A stretch of 64,000 nt of DNA. Source: Octopus sinensis. Lineage: Eukaryota. The DNA is taken from positions 48,546,001-48,610,000 of the forward strand of contig NC_043013.1 in NCBI RefSeq assembly GCF_006345805.1, in the 5' to 3' direction. Below, piece by piece: positions 11,695 through 23,597 of the stretch (positions within the stretch are counted from its first letter, which is position 1; the number at the start of each line of letters is the position of its first letter). The notes beneath the pieces are model-generated. The model ran no database searches. It was not told the origin of the DNA and saw only the letters and a list, made by a program, of their open reading frames with translations. A program made the translations under genes and the position numbers.

Positions 11695-12436
11695 GTAATT
11701 TCTTTAAATATTTCTTCATAACGTATGATTATAATTTCTTAGAGTGGTTTCATAATCCATTCACTGTCATGTGTTCAATTCTTGTGAGTGCCCTTTCTGT
11801 GCCACCTGTTACCTCTCCCCTTCCCCTGAGACACCTCTTGTGAATGCCTTATTTCATCCTTAACACCCTTTCATACTGGTCCCTTACCTTTGTTTATCAT
11901 ATATGAGAGAGAGTGGGAGGATGTATATACCATCTTTATCATCAAATGTCTGTTTTCCATGCTGGCATGGACTGGCCAGTTTGATCTGAGCTGACAAGCA
12001 GGGAAACTACAACAGGTTCCAGTTTGATTTGGCTTGGTTTCTGTGGCTTGATGCCCTCTCTAACAACAACCACTTTCCAGAGTGTACTGGGTGCTTTTTA
12101 CATGGCACCATATATATATATATATATTTTGCAGCTCTTATTGGTCCAAATCAGATATGCAATCTAAGTGGGTGTCTGGTCTAAAAAGCCATGATGGATC
12201 TAAGGTGTAAGTACAAGAGGTAGCCAGACTCTGCATATATATACATACATACATATATATATATATATATGATGGACAATGGATACGGCTTTGTATTTTC
12301 TTGTTGAACAACCTGCATACATGATTTGTTTATTGTGATAAAATGTTTATGCTGTACGTTAGCTCACTTGCTTTATCATATCAGCTTTACCTGTACTGGC
12401 TTTTAGGGTATTCTTTTTGCTCTAATGAGTATATAT

Positions 12437-12740
12437 CACTGTCACTGTGACCGACCAGGCTATCAGATGTTGCTACACATCGCTGGTCACAATGCGCTTC
12501 GCATTGTTTTAGCCTTCAAATGATGCCACCCCGCTGGCTAAGCGGGCAGGCCAACATTAGAAAGAGTGAGAGAAAGTTGTGGCGAAAGAGTACAGCGGGG
12601 ATTGCCACCAACCCTACCGGAGCCTTGTGGAGCTTTAGGTGTTTTCACTCAATAAACACCCACAACGCCCGGTCTGGGAATCAAAGCCGCAATCCTATGA
12701 CCGTGAGTCCACTGCCCTAACCAATAGGCCATTGCGCCTC
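12437..12740 (-). mobile_element. SINE-D (tRNA-like head GGAGGCGCAATGGCCCAGTGGTTAGG), tail type 1
   Basis: 15-bp TSD CTAATGAGTATATAT. Confidence 0.9.
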
Positions 12741-12815
12741 CTAATGAGTATATATATATATATATATATGTATATAATCATCATCATTGTTTAACATCTG
12801 CTTTCCATGCTGGGA

Positions 12816-13910
12816 CCGGTGTCAAACAATTTATTTCAATTTCAAACAACAACCTTCATGGTTTCCCCTTCAAAGTAACCCCCCTTGAGTCTAATGCACT
12901 TTTCCATCCTTATCTGCCATGCTTCTGAGCACTGCTGGAAGGATTCATCTGGGATGCCCCTCAGCTCCAACATTACGGCCCTCTTGATGGCCTCCATGAC
13001 TTCTTGATGATTCTCTTGAGCTTGGGGAAAAGAAAAAGTCACACAGAGCAATGTCAGGTGAATAGGGAGGTTGTTTCAGTATAGGGGTGTTCACGACCGG
13101 TGACTGCTGGATGCTCAGGGCGTTGTGAGCAGTTGCATTGTTGTGGTGAAGTAGCCACGATTTGTCCTGCCACAATTCTTCTCGTCTCTTCTTGCACACT
13201 GAGCAAAGCAAATGCCATAAGATCCCTTTGTAGACTTTGCCGATTGACCCACTCGACATTGACCTCAGTCCTGTTCACTGAAGGCCTCCTGCTCCTGGAG
13301 TCATCTTCCACCTCCTCGCACACCTTTTGAACCTCTTGTACCACTCAAAAACACGTTTGTGTGACATAGTTATTTCTTTACTACCCACAGAGGGGACAAA
13401 CAAGGACAGACAAACGGATTAAGTCGGTTATATCAACACCAGTGCGTAACTGGTACTCAATTTATCTACCCCGAAAGGATGAAAGGTAAAGTTGACCTCG
13501 GCGGAATTTGAACTCAGAACGTAATGCCAGACGAAATACGGCTATGCTTTTCGCCTGGCGTGCTAGCATTTCTGCCAGCTCGCTGCCTTGTTTGTGTGAC
13601 ATGGTGTCAACTCCATTCACTTGCTGAAGCATTTCAAGTGCTTGTGATGGAATTCTCCCCACCTGGACCATAATTTTCAGGTTTATTCATTGCTTAGTGT
13701 TCATCATTTGTTCCTCAGTGCTCAGAGCTGAATGACCTGAAAAAGAGGTGGTGTAAACAAAAGCATGTGAAAAACTATGCAGTGGTTGCAGAAGCCTAAA
13801 ATTACAGTTATATGCTCTCAAGATATCATGTCAGATGATAACACAATCTACTCATCTCTCTTTCATCCAAAGCTCATACACCCAGTCCTGTTACTTTTCA
13901 GACAGACCTC

Positions 13911-13911
<1 letters not shown>
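12816..13911 (-). mobile_element. Decayed mariner with transposase remnants, interrupted by SINE-B
   Basis: WLLHHNNATAH, PPYSPDIALCDFF, MEKCIRLKGGYFEG; TIR CGAGGTCTGTCTGAAAAGT at 13911. Confidence 0.9.
13368..13589 (-). mobile_element. SINE-B inserted in mariner
   Basis: 13-bp TSD GTTTGTGTGACAT (13355-13367 and 13590-13602). Confidence 0.95.
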
Positions 13912-13953
<42 letters not shown>

Positions 13954-13964
13954 CAACATCAATG

Positions 13965-14237
13965 GAAATTGTAGCTGTGATACCAGTGCCGGTGGCATGT
14001 AAGCGAACCATCCGAATGTGGCCGTTGCCAGCGCCGCCCAGACGGGCCTCCATGCCGTTGGCATGTAAAAAGCATCCAAATACACTCATGGAGTGGTTGG
14101 CATTAGGAAGGGCATCCAGCCATAGAAACATTGCCAGATCAGACTGGGCCTGGCGCAGCCTTCTGGCTTCCCTGACCCCAGTTGAACCGTCTAATCCATG
14201 CTAGCATGGAAAGCAGACACTAGATGATGATGATGAT
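13965..14237 (+). mobile_element. Family C
   Basis: GTTAGGAAGGGCATCCAGC...(GAT)n tail. Confidence 0.8.
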
Positions 14238-14621
14238 ATATGTGTGTGTGTGTATATATATATATATATAGACACACACACGCAGATAGATAGATCTTGA
14301 TATGAGACTATTCTAAAATTACCAGGCCGAAAAAACCAAAAAGCAGCCAACTTCAGACAGCTTGCATTGTCAGTCAATAACTGAAATCAATAAAAGAATG
14401 TGTAATGAACAGTTTTGGTTAAACACTAAAGATATGCAGTAACTTTGCACTACCTTACTTTGAAGTTATATTTTGTAATGTTATGTTCTGCAATATCAGT
14501 ATAGAAACCAGATGAATTTTAACTTCACTCCAGTTAATCTCTCACTCTTTTCTGTCAGATTTCTTGCAATTTAAAAAAAAATTCTCATGTATGGTTAAGA
14601 TGTAATACCAAATGTCAGCTG

Positions 14622-14861
14622 AGGGGCGGCGAGCTGGCAGAAACGTTGGCATGCCGGGCGAAATGCTGAGCGGTATTTCGTCTGTCGTTACGTTCTGAGT
14701 TCAAATTCCGCCGTGGTCAACTTTGCCTTTCATCCTTTCGGGGTCGATAAATTAAGTACCAGTTATGCACTGAGATCGATATAATCGACTTAATCCGTTT
14801 GTCTGTCCTTGTTTGTCCTCTCTGTGTTTAGCCCCTTGTGGGTAGTAAAGCAATAGGTATT
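14622..14861 (+). mobile_element. SINE-B
   Basis: Full-length family match. Confidence 0.9.
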
Positions 14862-15100
14862 ATGGTTTTTCAGACCCCTCCCCTATATCCCACTAAATCT
14901 TAGTCTGCTGAGCTCAGACAATCATAAATGTTAAAAGCTAAGTCTTAAGACACCTCTTCTTTGTTTAATTGACGGGCATCAATTTCTAGAAACATACGGT
15001 TCTTACTATTTTTAGAAGAGCAAATAAAACCTGACACTATTAAACTATACAACTTTATTTAGGTGTCATATTTATTTGGGTATGTGGGTATTTTGAAAGT

Positions 15101-15281
15101 ACCTCAGTCCTGTTCACTGAAGGCCTCCTGCTCCTGGAGTCATGTTCCACCTCCTCGCACACCTTTTGAACCTCTTGTACTACTCAAAAACACGTTTGTG
15201 TGACATGGTGTCAACTCCATACACTCGCTGAAGCATATCAAGTGCTTGTGATGGAATTCTCCCCACCTGGACCATAATTTT
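15101..15281 (-). mobile_element. mariner fragment duplicating 13262-13677 without the SINE
   Basis: Near-identical sequence with a single GTTTGTGTGACAT (empty site). Confidence 0.85.
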
Positions 15282-15517
15282 GCAAGGGATAGATCCTGTT
15301 CAGCCACCCTGTCAGGATACAGTGAAGTCGTGAGACTGCAGCCTCCTGGTGGATTGTGAAGAGGTCGTGGAAGAGCTCAAATGAACCATTGATGCTGAGT
15401 GGAGAATCTCAGAGGATCAATGGTCAGGATCTCCAAGCTCTATCAAGAAAGTAACTGCAATGCATCCATAGGGGTGGTGGCCATGGTCGTGTAATCAACT
15501 AATGAAAGATTCACTAT

Positions 15518-15914
15518 ACTCTTTACTCTTTTACTTGTTTCAGTCATTTGACTGCAGCCATGCTGGAGCACCGCCTTTAGTCGAGCAAATCGACTTATTC
15601 TTTGTAAGCCCTGTACTTATTCTATTGGTCTCTTTTTGCTGAACCGCTAAGTGACGGGGACGTAAACACACCAGCATCAGTTGTCAAGCAATGCTAGGGG
15701 GACAAACACAAAACACAAACACACAAACACACACACACATACATATATATGAAAGGCTTCTTTCAGTTTCTGTCTACCAAATCCACTCACAAGGCATTGA
15801 TCGGCCCGGGGCTATAGCAGAAGACACTTACCCAAGATGCCAGGCAGTGGGACTGAACCCCGGAACCATGTGGTTGGTTAGCAAGCTACTTACCACACAG
15901 CCACTCCCACGCTT
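15518..15914 (-). mobile_element. SINE-A
   Basis: Full-length family match. Confidence 0.9.
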
Positions 15915-16097
15915 ATGACTCAAGATCCCAATTCAAATTTATAATAATGGAATTGCATGGCAACAGATAGTCTGAGAATCTGGGAAAGCAGATTTTGTTT
16001 GTTTGTCGTTAGACATTTAATTGTTCTAATTTATATACTGACAATATTAATGAACTAAATTGAGATTATTAAAAAAAATGTTATTCTTTATTTGCAG

Positions 16098-16241
16098 GCA
16101 GAGGGTTCGTCGAGCAGCAGTAAAGTCGATCAGTTCATCTTACCAGTTGCTGTTTTCTTGTCACTGTTTGGTTTTAGTGTCTCACTGTTCAGCACCAGGC
16201 AACTCTATGATAATTCTTCCAGATCACCCTTCAAGAGATAA
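16098..16241 (+). CDS. Exon 3 of the microprotein gene (AEGSSSSSKVDQFILPVAVFLSLFGFSVSLFSTRQLYDNSSRSPFKR*)
   Basis: Acceptor TTCTTTATTTGCAG|G; phase 0 matches exon 2; about 21-aa hydrophobic segment; TAA at 16239-16241; total CDS 17+112+144=273 nt. Confidence 0.75.
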   Translation, partial: AEGSSSSSKVDQFILPVAVFLSLFGFSVSLFSTRQLYDNSSRSPFKR

Positions 16242-16414
16242 TGATCTTCACACATTAGGGTTGATAAAATACGAACTTATTATCAAACTCGACATGTAAG
16301 ATAAACGTGAACTTATCAAACTCCAAAGAAATATACTCAATATATTTATAAAACATACAACTATTTTGTGAAAGAAAAACAAATTTTATTCTCAATGTTG
16401 TAGTTGTATTTATT

Positions 16415-16420
16415 AATAAA
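16415..16420 (+). terminator. Polyadenylation signal of the microprotein gene
   Basis: AATAAA about 175 nt after the stop codon, followed by a GT/T-rich stretch near 16440. Confidence 0.55.
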
Positions 16421-16907
16421 AAGCTGCAAAACACGCTAAGTGTTTTTAATCTCTTTCAAGGTTTTAATCCCGACACTTGGTAAATCTTTTGTTTCTATGG
16501 AACCCAGTGACGTGTAATGAAAGTCGCTCTCAGCAACTGCATTTAAACTGGCCACATCTGGGCCCAAATATTCTACTTGCTTTATGTTCACATTGATCAG
16601 AACCAGCCTCCTACACCTACCCTACAATATCATTCTAAGAAATCACTTCATCAAAATCTCAAAGCTATGAGATGATGCATAATAAATTCAAAGCAATGTC
16701 AATTAATAAACATTATATTCGACAGAATAATCTGAACGCTACAGGGTTAATTTGGTAAACCATCATTGAATATCTTTGCTTTACTCTAGCCTTACTTGCT
16801 CATAGCATAATGACAAGATATATATTTAGTCTTCTGCTAAGATACTGCTCTCCTTGCAACACTTTTGAGGATTTATGAACATGCATTAAAACTATCATAA
16901 CTGATTG

Positions 16908-17145
16908 ATCATCATCATCATCGTTTAACGTCCGCTCTCCATGCTAGCATGGGTTGGACGGTTCAGCTGGGGTCTGGGAAGCCAGAAGGCTGCACCAGGC
17001 CCAGTCTGATCTGGCAGTGTTTCTACAGCTGGATGCCCTTCCTAATGCCAACCACTCTGTGAGTGTAGTGGGTGCTTTTTACGTGCTACCGGCACAGGTG
17101 CCAGGCGAGGCTGGCAAATGGCCACGATTGGACGGTGCTTTTTTA
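16908..17145 (-). mobile_element. Family C
   Basis: Same tail. Confidence 0.8.
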
Positions 17146-18174
17146 GCCAAATTTCTTTCTGTCTGTTTCTAAGGTTGCCACAGTTTGTTAGGGGGAGCAA
17201 CTTGCTGGTTTTCAACTAGAATTATATGAAGTACACTTGAAACTACCCACCACCATTCTACAATTGCACAATTTACAAAATCTTTAAAAAAAAAAAAACA
17301 ACTGTTAGAAGTAGTCTGATAACCATCCATTTGTTTAAGCATTAAAAATTTTTTTTTTATAGATAGGTAATTGTTGGAAAATTATTTAATCATAAAATTA
17401 AAGATTTTGTTTCAAAATAAAACTTTTACGGGCTACTAGTCTACCCTTGATCCGTTGGGTCACTGATTGTTCAGGTTATAAAACATTGAAGCTGATTTCA
17501 ACATTGCATTGAAATGTAAGTTAATTTTATGATGATTCAGTTAAATATTCCAATTTGTCCCAGTCATCATAGGTCTGGTTTACAAGTTCATGCTTAAAGT
17601 TTTATTGGTTATTTACAGCATCTGATAGAAATAGAACTTCCGGGATAAACTTGAACTCCAATAACTGCATTTATTTATGGCATATGGGCACACTTCAACA
17701 AAAATGCAAAAAGAATTGTTATATAATGGAAACAATTTTCACAGTATTATATATTCCCATTTTGGGGTTATGTTACTTTTAGAGTATTTTCCCATTATGT
17801 GCTATTTTGGCTATTTATGAAGGTACTCCCAAAAAACCGCGTATCTCTGGAATCTGTGGTCCGATTTACATGAAACTTGTTTTATTCCATTTGTATTCAC
17901 ATTTCAGGGGTACCTTACTTTCAGAGTATTTTCCCATTATGTGCTGGTTTGGCTGTATTAAATTACACACAAGCAAGCAATCACAGAGTTTTGATAGTAT
18001 ATGGATCTGTAAGAGCAAAATATAGTTTAACTATTAAAACATTAAAATTTATTTTAAGATATTTAGAATCGAAAAGGAACATTTATATCTGCTTAAAAAC
18101 AACGGTAAAAAAGAACTACAATTTTGTCTTGCATCACAAATCTGAAATAAATCACTGTTATTTTTTAAATTGGA

Positions 18175-18432
18175 AATTGTAGTTGTGATACCAGTGCCGG
18201 TGGCACGTAAAAGGATCCATCCGAATGTGGCTGTTGCCAGTGCCACCTCACCTGACACGTAAAAAGCACCCACTACACTCATGGAGTGGTTGGCGTTAGG
18301 AAGGGTATCCAACTGTAGAAACATTGCCAGATCAGACTGGTGCAGCCTCCTGGCTTCCCTGACCCTGGTCGAACTGTCCAACCCATGCTAGCATGGAAAA
18401 TGGACGTTAAACAATGAAGATGATGTTGATGT
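18175..18432 (+). mobile_element. Family C
   Basis: Same tail. Confidence 0.8.
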
Positions 18433-18439
18433 CTTAAAA

Positions 18440-18790
18440 AATGTGAATGAGGAGCGCTAACTATCATTTCTAGAGATAATGGGGCAAAGTGTTCTGTGCT
18501 GGAGTTGGCAAGTAAAACAACAGGCAATGAAAAAATAAATGACTCTGTTTGAAAGTCTGAGGAGTAGAGGTTATTATGGTAGAAATAGAAGAGGCAGATA
18601 GCAGGACAGTAAATTTGTAAGCTAGAGGTTGTAGCATTTGTGAGGGTAACCTTTTCCAGTCAACAAGAAGGCTGTCTTTTGGATGTTGTCTAGGATGCTT
18701 TTTAGTGTAGCAACAGTTCCTTCCCATGTGTGTGAGCAGTATTTCAATTTGGATTTTACTGGAATTGGAGCTTTGTAAAGGATTAGAAAC
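18440..18790 (-). mobile_element. CR1/L2/Jockey-group LINE RT C-terminal fragment
   Basis: LYKA...KYCSHTWEG...LDNIQK remnant. Confidence 0.6.
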
Positions 18791-19044
18791 AAATTAGCAT
18801 TGAAGATGCAGTTTTCCTACATACACATATCTTTCATCTTTTACTTGTTTCAATCATTTGACTGTGACCATGCTGGGGCACTGCTTTGAAGAGTTTCTAG
18901 TTGAACAAATCGACCTCCAGACCCTTTTTTTTTTAAACCTGGTACTTATTCTCTCGGTGTCTTTTGCTGAACTGCTAAGTTATGATGACATAAGCATTGG
19001 TGGGGGACAAACACAGACATAAAGACACACACACACACACATGT

Positions 19045-19278
19045 ATGTATATATATATATATATAGTCAATCCAAACATGAACAAGTAAGAAAAAACAAC
19101 GTGACGACGTGGAATGAGTACAATGTTATTGGACGTTCAGGAAAGGAAAGGAAATAAAAGAAAGAGGATTTCATGTTTCGAGCGGAGTTCTTCATCAGAA
19201 ATATAGAAAAAGTCCAAAGAAGGGAAGATGGAGAAAGAAAATCGACAACGAAACTCATGTGGTCACATATTGAAATAT
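19045..19278 (-). mobile_element. PLE 3' end fragment with degenerate hammerhead core
   Basis: Minus strand CTGATGA-agaactccgctc-GAAAC at 19198-19175; abuts (TA)n. Confidence 0.5.
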
Positions 19279-19329
19279 ATAGCAGGACAGTAAATTTGTA
19301 ATCTAGAGGTTGTAGCATTTGTGAGGGTA

Positions 19330-19334
<5 letters not shown>

Positions 19335-19416
<82 letters not shown>

Positions 19417-19598
19417 TATATATATATATATATATTATATATACTTATATTATATATATATATATAACTTATATATATATATATATAACTTATATATATA
19501 CTTATATATATACTTATATATATATATATATATATATATATACTTATATATATATATATATATATATATACTTATATATATATATATATATATATACT

Positions 19599-19630
<32 letters not shown>

Positions 19631-19667
19631 ATATATATACTTATATATATATATATATATATATACT

Positions 19668-19700
<33 letters not shown>

Positions 19701-19806
19701 CTTATATATTATATATATATATATACTTATATATATATATATATATATTATATATACTTATATATATTATATATATTATATATACTTATATATATATATA
19801 TATATA

Positions 19807-19847
<41 letters not shown>

Positions 19848-19908
19848 TTATATATATATATATATATATACTTATATATATATATATATACTTATATATA
19901 TATATATA

Positions 19909-19954
<46 letters not shown>

Positions 19955-19958
19955 TATA

Positions 19959-19991
<33 letters not shown>

Positions 19992-20003
19992 TTATATATA
20001 TAT

Positions 20004-20039
<36 letters not shown>

Positions 20040-20596
20040 CTTATATATATATATATATATATACTATATATATATATATATATATACTTATATATATATA
20101 TACTTATATATATATATATATATACTTATTATATATATTATATATACTTATAATATATATATATATATATACTCTTATATATATATATATTATATATATA
20201 CTTATATATTATATATATACTTATATATATATATATATATATAATAATATATATACTTATATATATATATATATATATATCTATATATATATATATATAC
20301 TTATATATATATATATATATATATATAACTTATATATATATATCTATATATATATACTTATATATATATATATATATAACTTATATATATATATATATAT
20401 ATACTTATATATATATATATAATATATACTTATATATATATATATATATATATACTTATAATATATATATATATATATATACTTATATATATATATATAT
20501 ATATATACTTATATATATATATATATATATATACTTATATATTATATATATATATACTTATATATATATATATATACTTATATATATATATATATA

Positions 20597-20642
<46 letters not shown>

Positions 20643-20709
20643 ACTTATATATATTATATACTTATATATATATAATATATATATATATACTTATATATTT
20701 ATATATATT

Positions 20710-20745
<36 letters not shown>

Positions 20746-20746
20746 C
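19335..20746. repeat. About 1.4-kb (TA)n microsatellite with recurrent CT interruptions
   Basis: Direct reading. Confidence 0.95.
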
Positions 20747-20962
20747 TTATCTGTAAAATAATATGTGACAATTATTCGGTAGCCATCGGATGCTGAGGTG
20801 GAAATCCACACCACCATCTCTCGGTTATCTGGCATCCGAAACTCAGAGTTTTATCTTGGCTACCGAATAATTCTCACATATTATTTTACAGATAAATTTC
20901 CTCTATTTACATAATATTGAGGTCTCTTTCTTTCTTTTGTTATCTTACCGTTTTTACCAATA
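20747..20962 (+). mobile_element. Short PLE-type end with 39-bp inverted copy
   Basis: Arms 20747-20785 and 20857-20895, about 67-nt unpaired tail, (TA)n flanks. Confidence 0.5.
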
Positions 20963-20999
20963 TATATATATATAATGTATATCTACGGCAAAACTGATG

Positions 21000-21365
21000 C
21001 AGTGAAAACAGAAATTGAAGGAGATCCATATCAAAGTGTCAGAGACTTATCCTGGAGGATTAAAAAACTTTGGTCCTCTACAAGATCTTCTCAAGAAGAT
21101 TGGGAAAGTGTATAGAAAAGGGAAATGGGTGCCTCATGAGCTGTTCCCTGAGAATAAAGCAGTATGTACAATAATTTGCCAATTAAGAATGAGCAAATGC
21201 CTTTTCTTATTTGAATTGTAACAGGGGACAGGAAAGGGATTTTCTCTGCTGACAATAAATCTAAGCAGCAGTGGCCATCACCAAATGGAAATCTGGTTTC
21301 GTCTGAACCAAATCTACTCCCAAAGAAGTTTTTGCTGTGTTCATGGTAGAATACCTTAGGTACTA
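21000..21365 (+). mobile_element. mariner transposase fragment
   Basis: GKWVPHEL, VTGD, QW and PKKFLLCSW motifs with frameshift and stop. Confidence 0.8.
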
Positions 21366-21544
21366 TTCTTTTACTTGCTTCAGTCATTAGACTACGGCCA
21401 TGCTGGATCATCACCTTGAAGAATTTTAGTCAAGCAAATTGACTCCAGTACTTATTTTTAAGCCTGTTAAGTTACAGGGATGTAAACACACCAACATTGG
21501 ATGTCAATCAGCAGTGGGGGACAAACAGACAGATACATGTGTAT

Positions 21545-22300
21545 TTCATCATCATTTAACTCCCACTTTCCATGGTGGCATGGGTTAGACGGTTAGACTG
21601 GAACTGGTAAGCAGGAGTACTGCACCAAGTTCCCGTCTGATTTTGACTTGGTTTCTTTGGCCAGATGCCCTTACTAACGCCAACCACCCCAAGAACGTAA
21701 TGGGTGCTTCTTATGTTCCACCAGCCTGGATGCCATTCACATGACTCTGGCAATGGCCCCAACTATGATTCCACTTGGCTTGATGGGTCTTCTCAAGCAC
21801 CACGTATCACCAAAGGTCTTGGGCCACTTGCCATCGCACCTGTGAGACTCAAAATTCAAAGACCATGCTACTGGTAATGGCCCCGACTATGATTTCATGG
21901 GTGTCGTTTACATGACACTGGCACCAGCCATGGCTATGAATACGTTTGGCTTGATGCGTCTTCTCCGGCACCACATATCGCCAAAAGTCTCGGTCACATG
22001 CCATCACCTCTGTGAGGCTCAAAATTCAAAGATCATGCTCCAAGACCTTGTCCCATGTCTTCCTTGCTTTACCTCTTTCATAGGTTCCCTCTGGTATTAG
22101 AGATTGGTACTGCTTTACACAGCTGTCCTTGTCCATACGTATCACGTGACCATACCAGTGCATTCATTTCTCTTGCACACCAAATCTGATGCCTCTTATA
22201 CCCTGTTCTTCTCCCAAGATACTTATACTCCGTCATAACCATTGATATTGCACATCCAGCGAAGCATACCAGCTTCATTTCATTCAAACCTTCACATGTC
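21545..22300 (-). mobile_element. RTE LINE 3' end continuous with family-C tail
   Basis: MLRWMCNI...HWYGHVIRM remnant, then 3' UTR ending (GAT)n. Confidence 0.7.
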
Positions 22301-22557
22301 CACATTTTAATCATTTGAATCCTTTACTTATTTCAGTTATTAGACTGTGGCCATGCTGGGGCACCACCTTGAATAAGTTTAGTCAAACAAATAGATCCCA
22401 GTACTTATTTTTTTTTAACCTGGTACTTATTCTATCAGTCTCTTTTGCCAAACTGCTAAGTTACGGAGACACAAGCACATCAACACCAGTTCTTAATTGA
22501 TGGTGGGAGACAAATACAGACACACACACACACATATATATATATATGTATATATAT

Positions 22558-23230
22558 ATCATCTTCATTTAACGTCCATTTGTCCATGCTGGCATGGGTT
22601 GGGCGATTTGACCAGAGCTGGCAAGCTGGGGAGCTGTGTCAGACACCAGTTTGATTTGGCATGGTTTCTATAGCTGGATGCCCTTTCTAATGTCAACCAC
22701 TTTACAGAGAGTGCTGGTTACTTTTACATGGCACCACATGGTGCTTTCATGTGGCACCACATGGGTGTATTTACATGGTACTGCATGGACGCTTTTATGT
22801 GGTACTGCACAGGTGCTTATATGTGCTTTTCACCACCAGAAGGACCAGTCTTAACACTTTTGCTGTGGAGTATGGATCTTCTTGAGTACAACAAGGCACC
22901 AGGCATCTCAGTCCTCTGACATCTTTCCTGAAGATGCACCTTGAGGTAGGTATTCAGTATTTCATCCCATGTATTCCTGGGTCTCCTACTTACCCATATT
23001 CCATCTTCTTTGAGAGATCAGAACCGTCGGCATCCATCTGCATCACATGACCAGCACTGTCTTCTCTCTTGCACACAGCAACTAATTCCTTTTATGTCTA
23101 ACTTCTCTCTCAAAACATTGGAAATTTGTAGAACATGTACACCTACATTACACATCCAGTGAAGCATACTAGCTCATTTCTTTCTAACCTCTGCATTTAG
23201 GTTTAATCACAGTTGAAACACTTCTGTCAC
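22558..23230 (-). mobile_element. RTE LINE 3' end continuous with family-C tail
   Basis: RNELSMLHWMCNV...RPRNTWDE remnant, then the same tail. Confidence 0.7.
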
Positions 23231-23597
23231 AACCTGGGACCTTGAAGACTGCTATAACACATGAAAATATACTAGTCCCCTGATATTTTATATTCAACAT
23301 TTCATCTGTTCAATAAGACAATCAATACTTCATTTCGTTTTACTATATATATATTATTTATACTATATATTCTATATTCTACATTAATATTATAAAGAAT
23401 ATAAATAAAACATAAAAAGCAGAGTTGGAATTTCTTTGAATAATATATATCCCTCTATACCAATCATACAACCCCCTTTTTATTTATATATATATTTGCA
23501 TGCATGTATGTATATATATATACATGCATGCATGATACATATATATATATATTTATATATACATATACATATACATATATATATATATATATATATA

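Noticed and set aside
16060-16299. ORF-track 79-aa protein, or exon1-exon3 direct splice (MSPVARQRVRR...)
   Set aside because: The alternative frame has no recognisable features; the exon-2-containing frame gives a coherent presequence plus TM protein. Cannot be fully excluded without RNA data.
19361-20015. Long IY-rich ORFs
   Set aside because: Translation of (TA)n.
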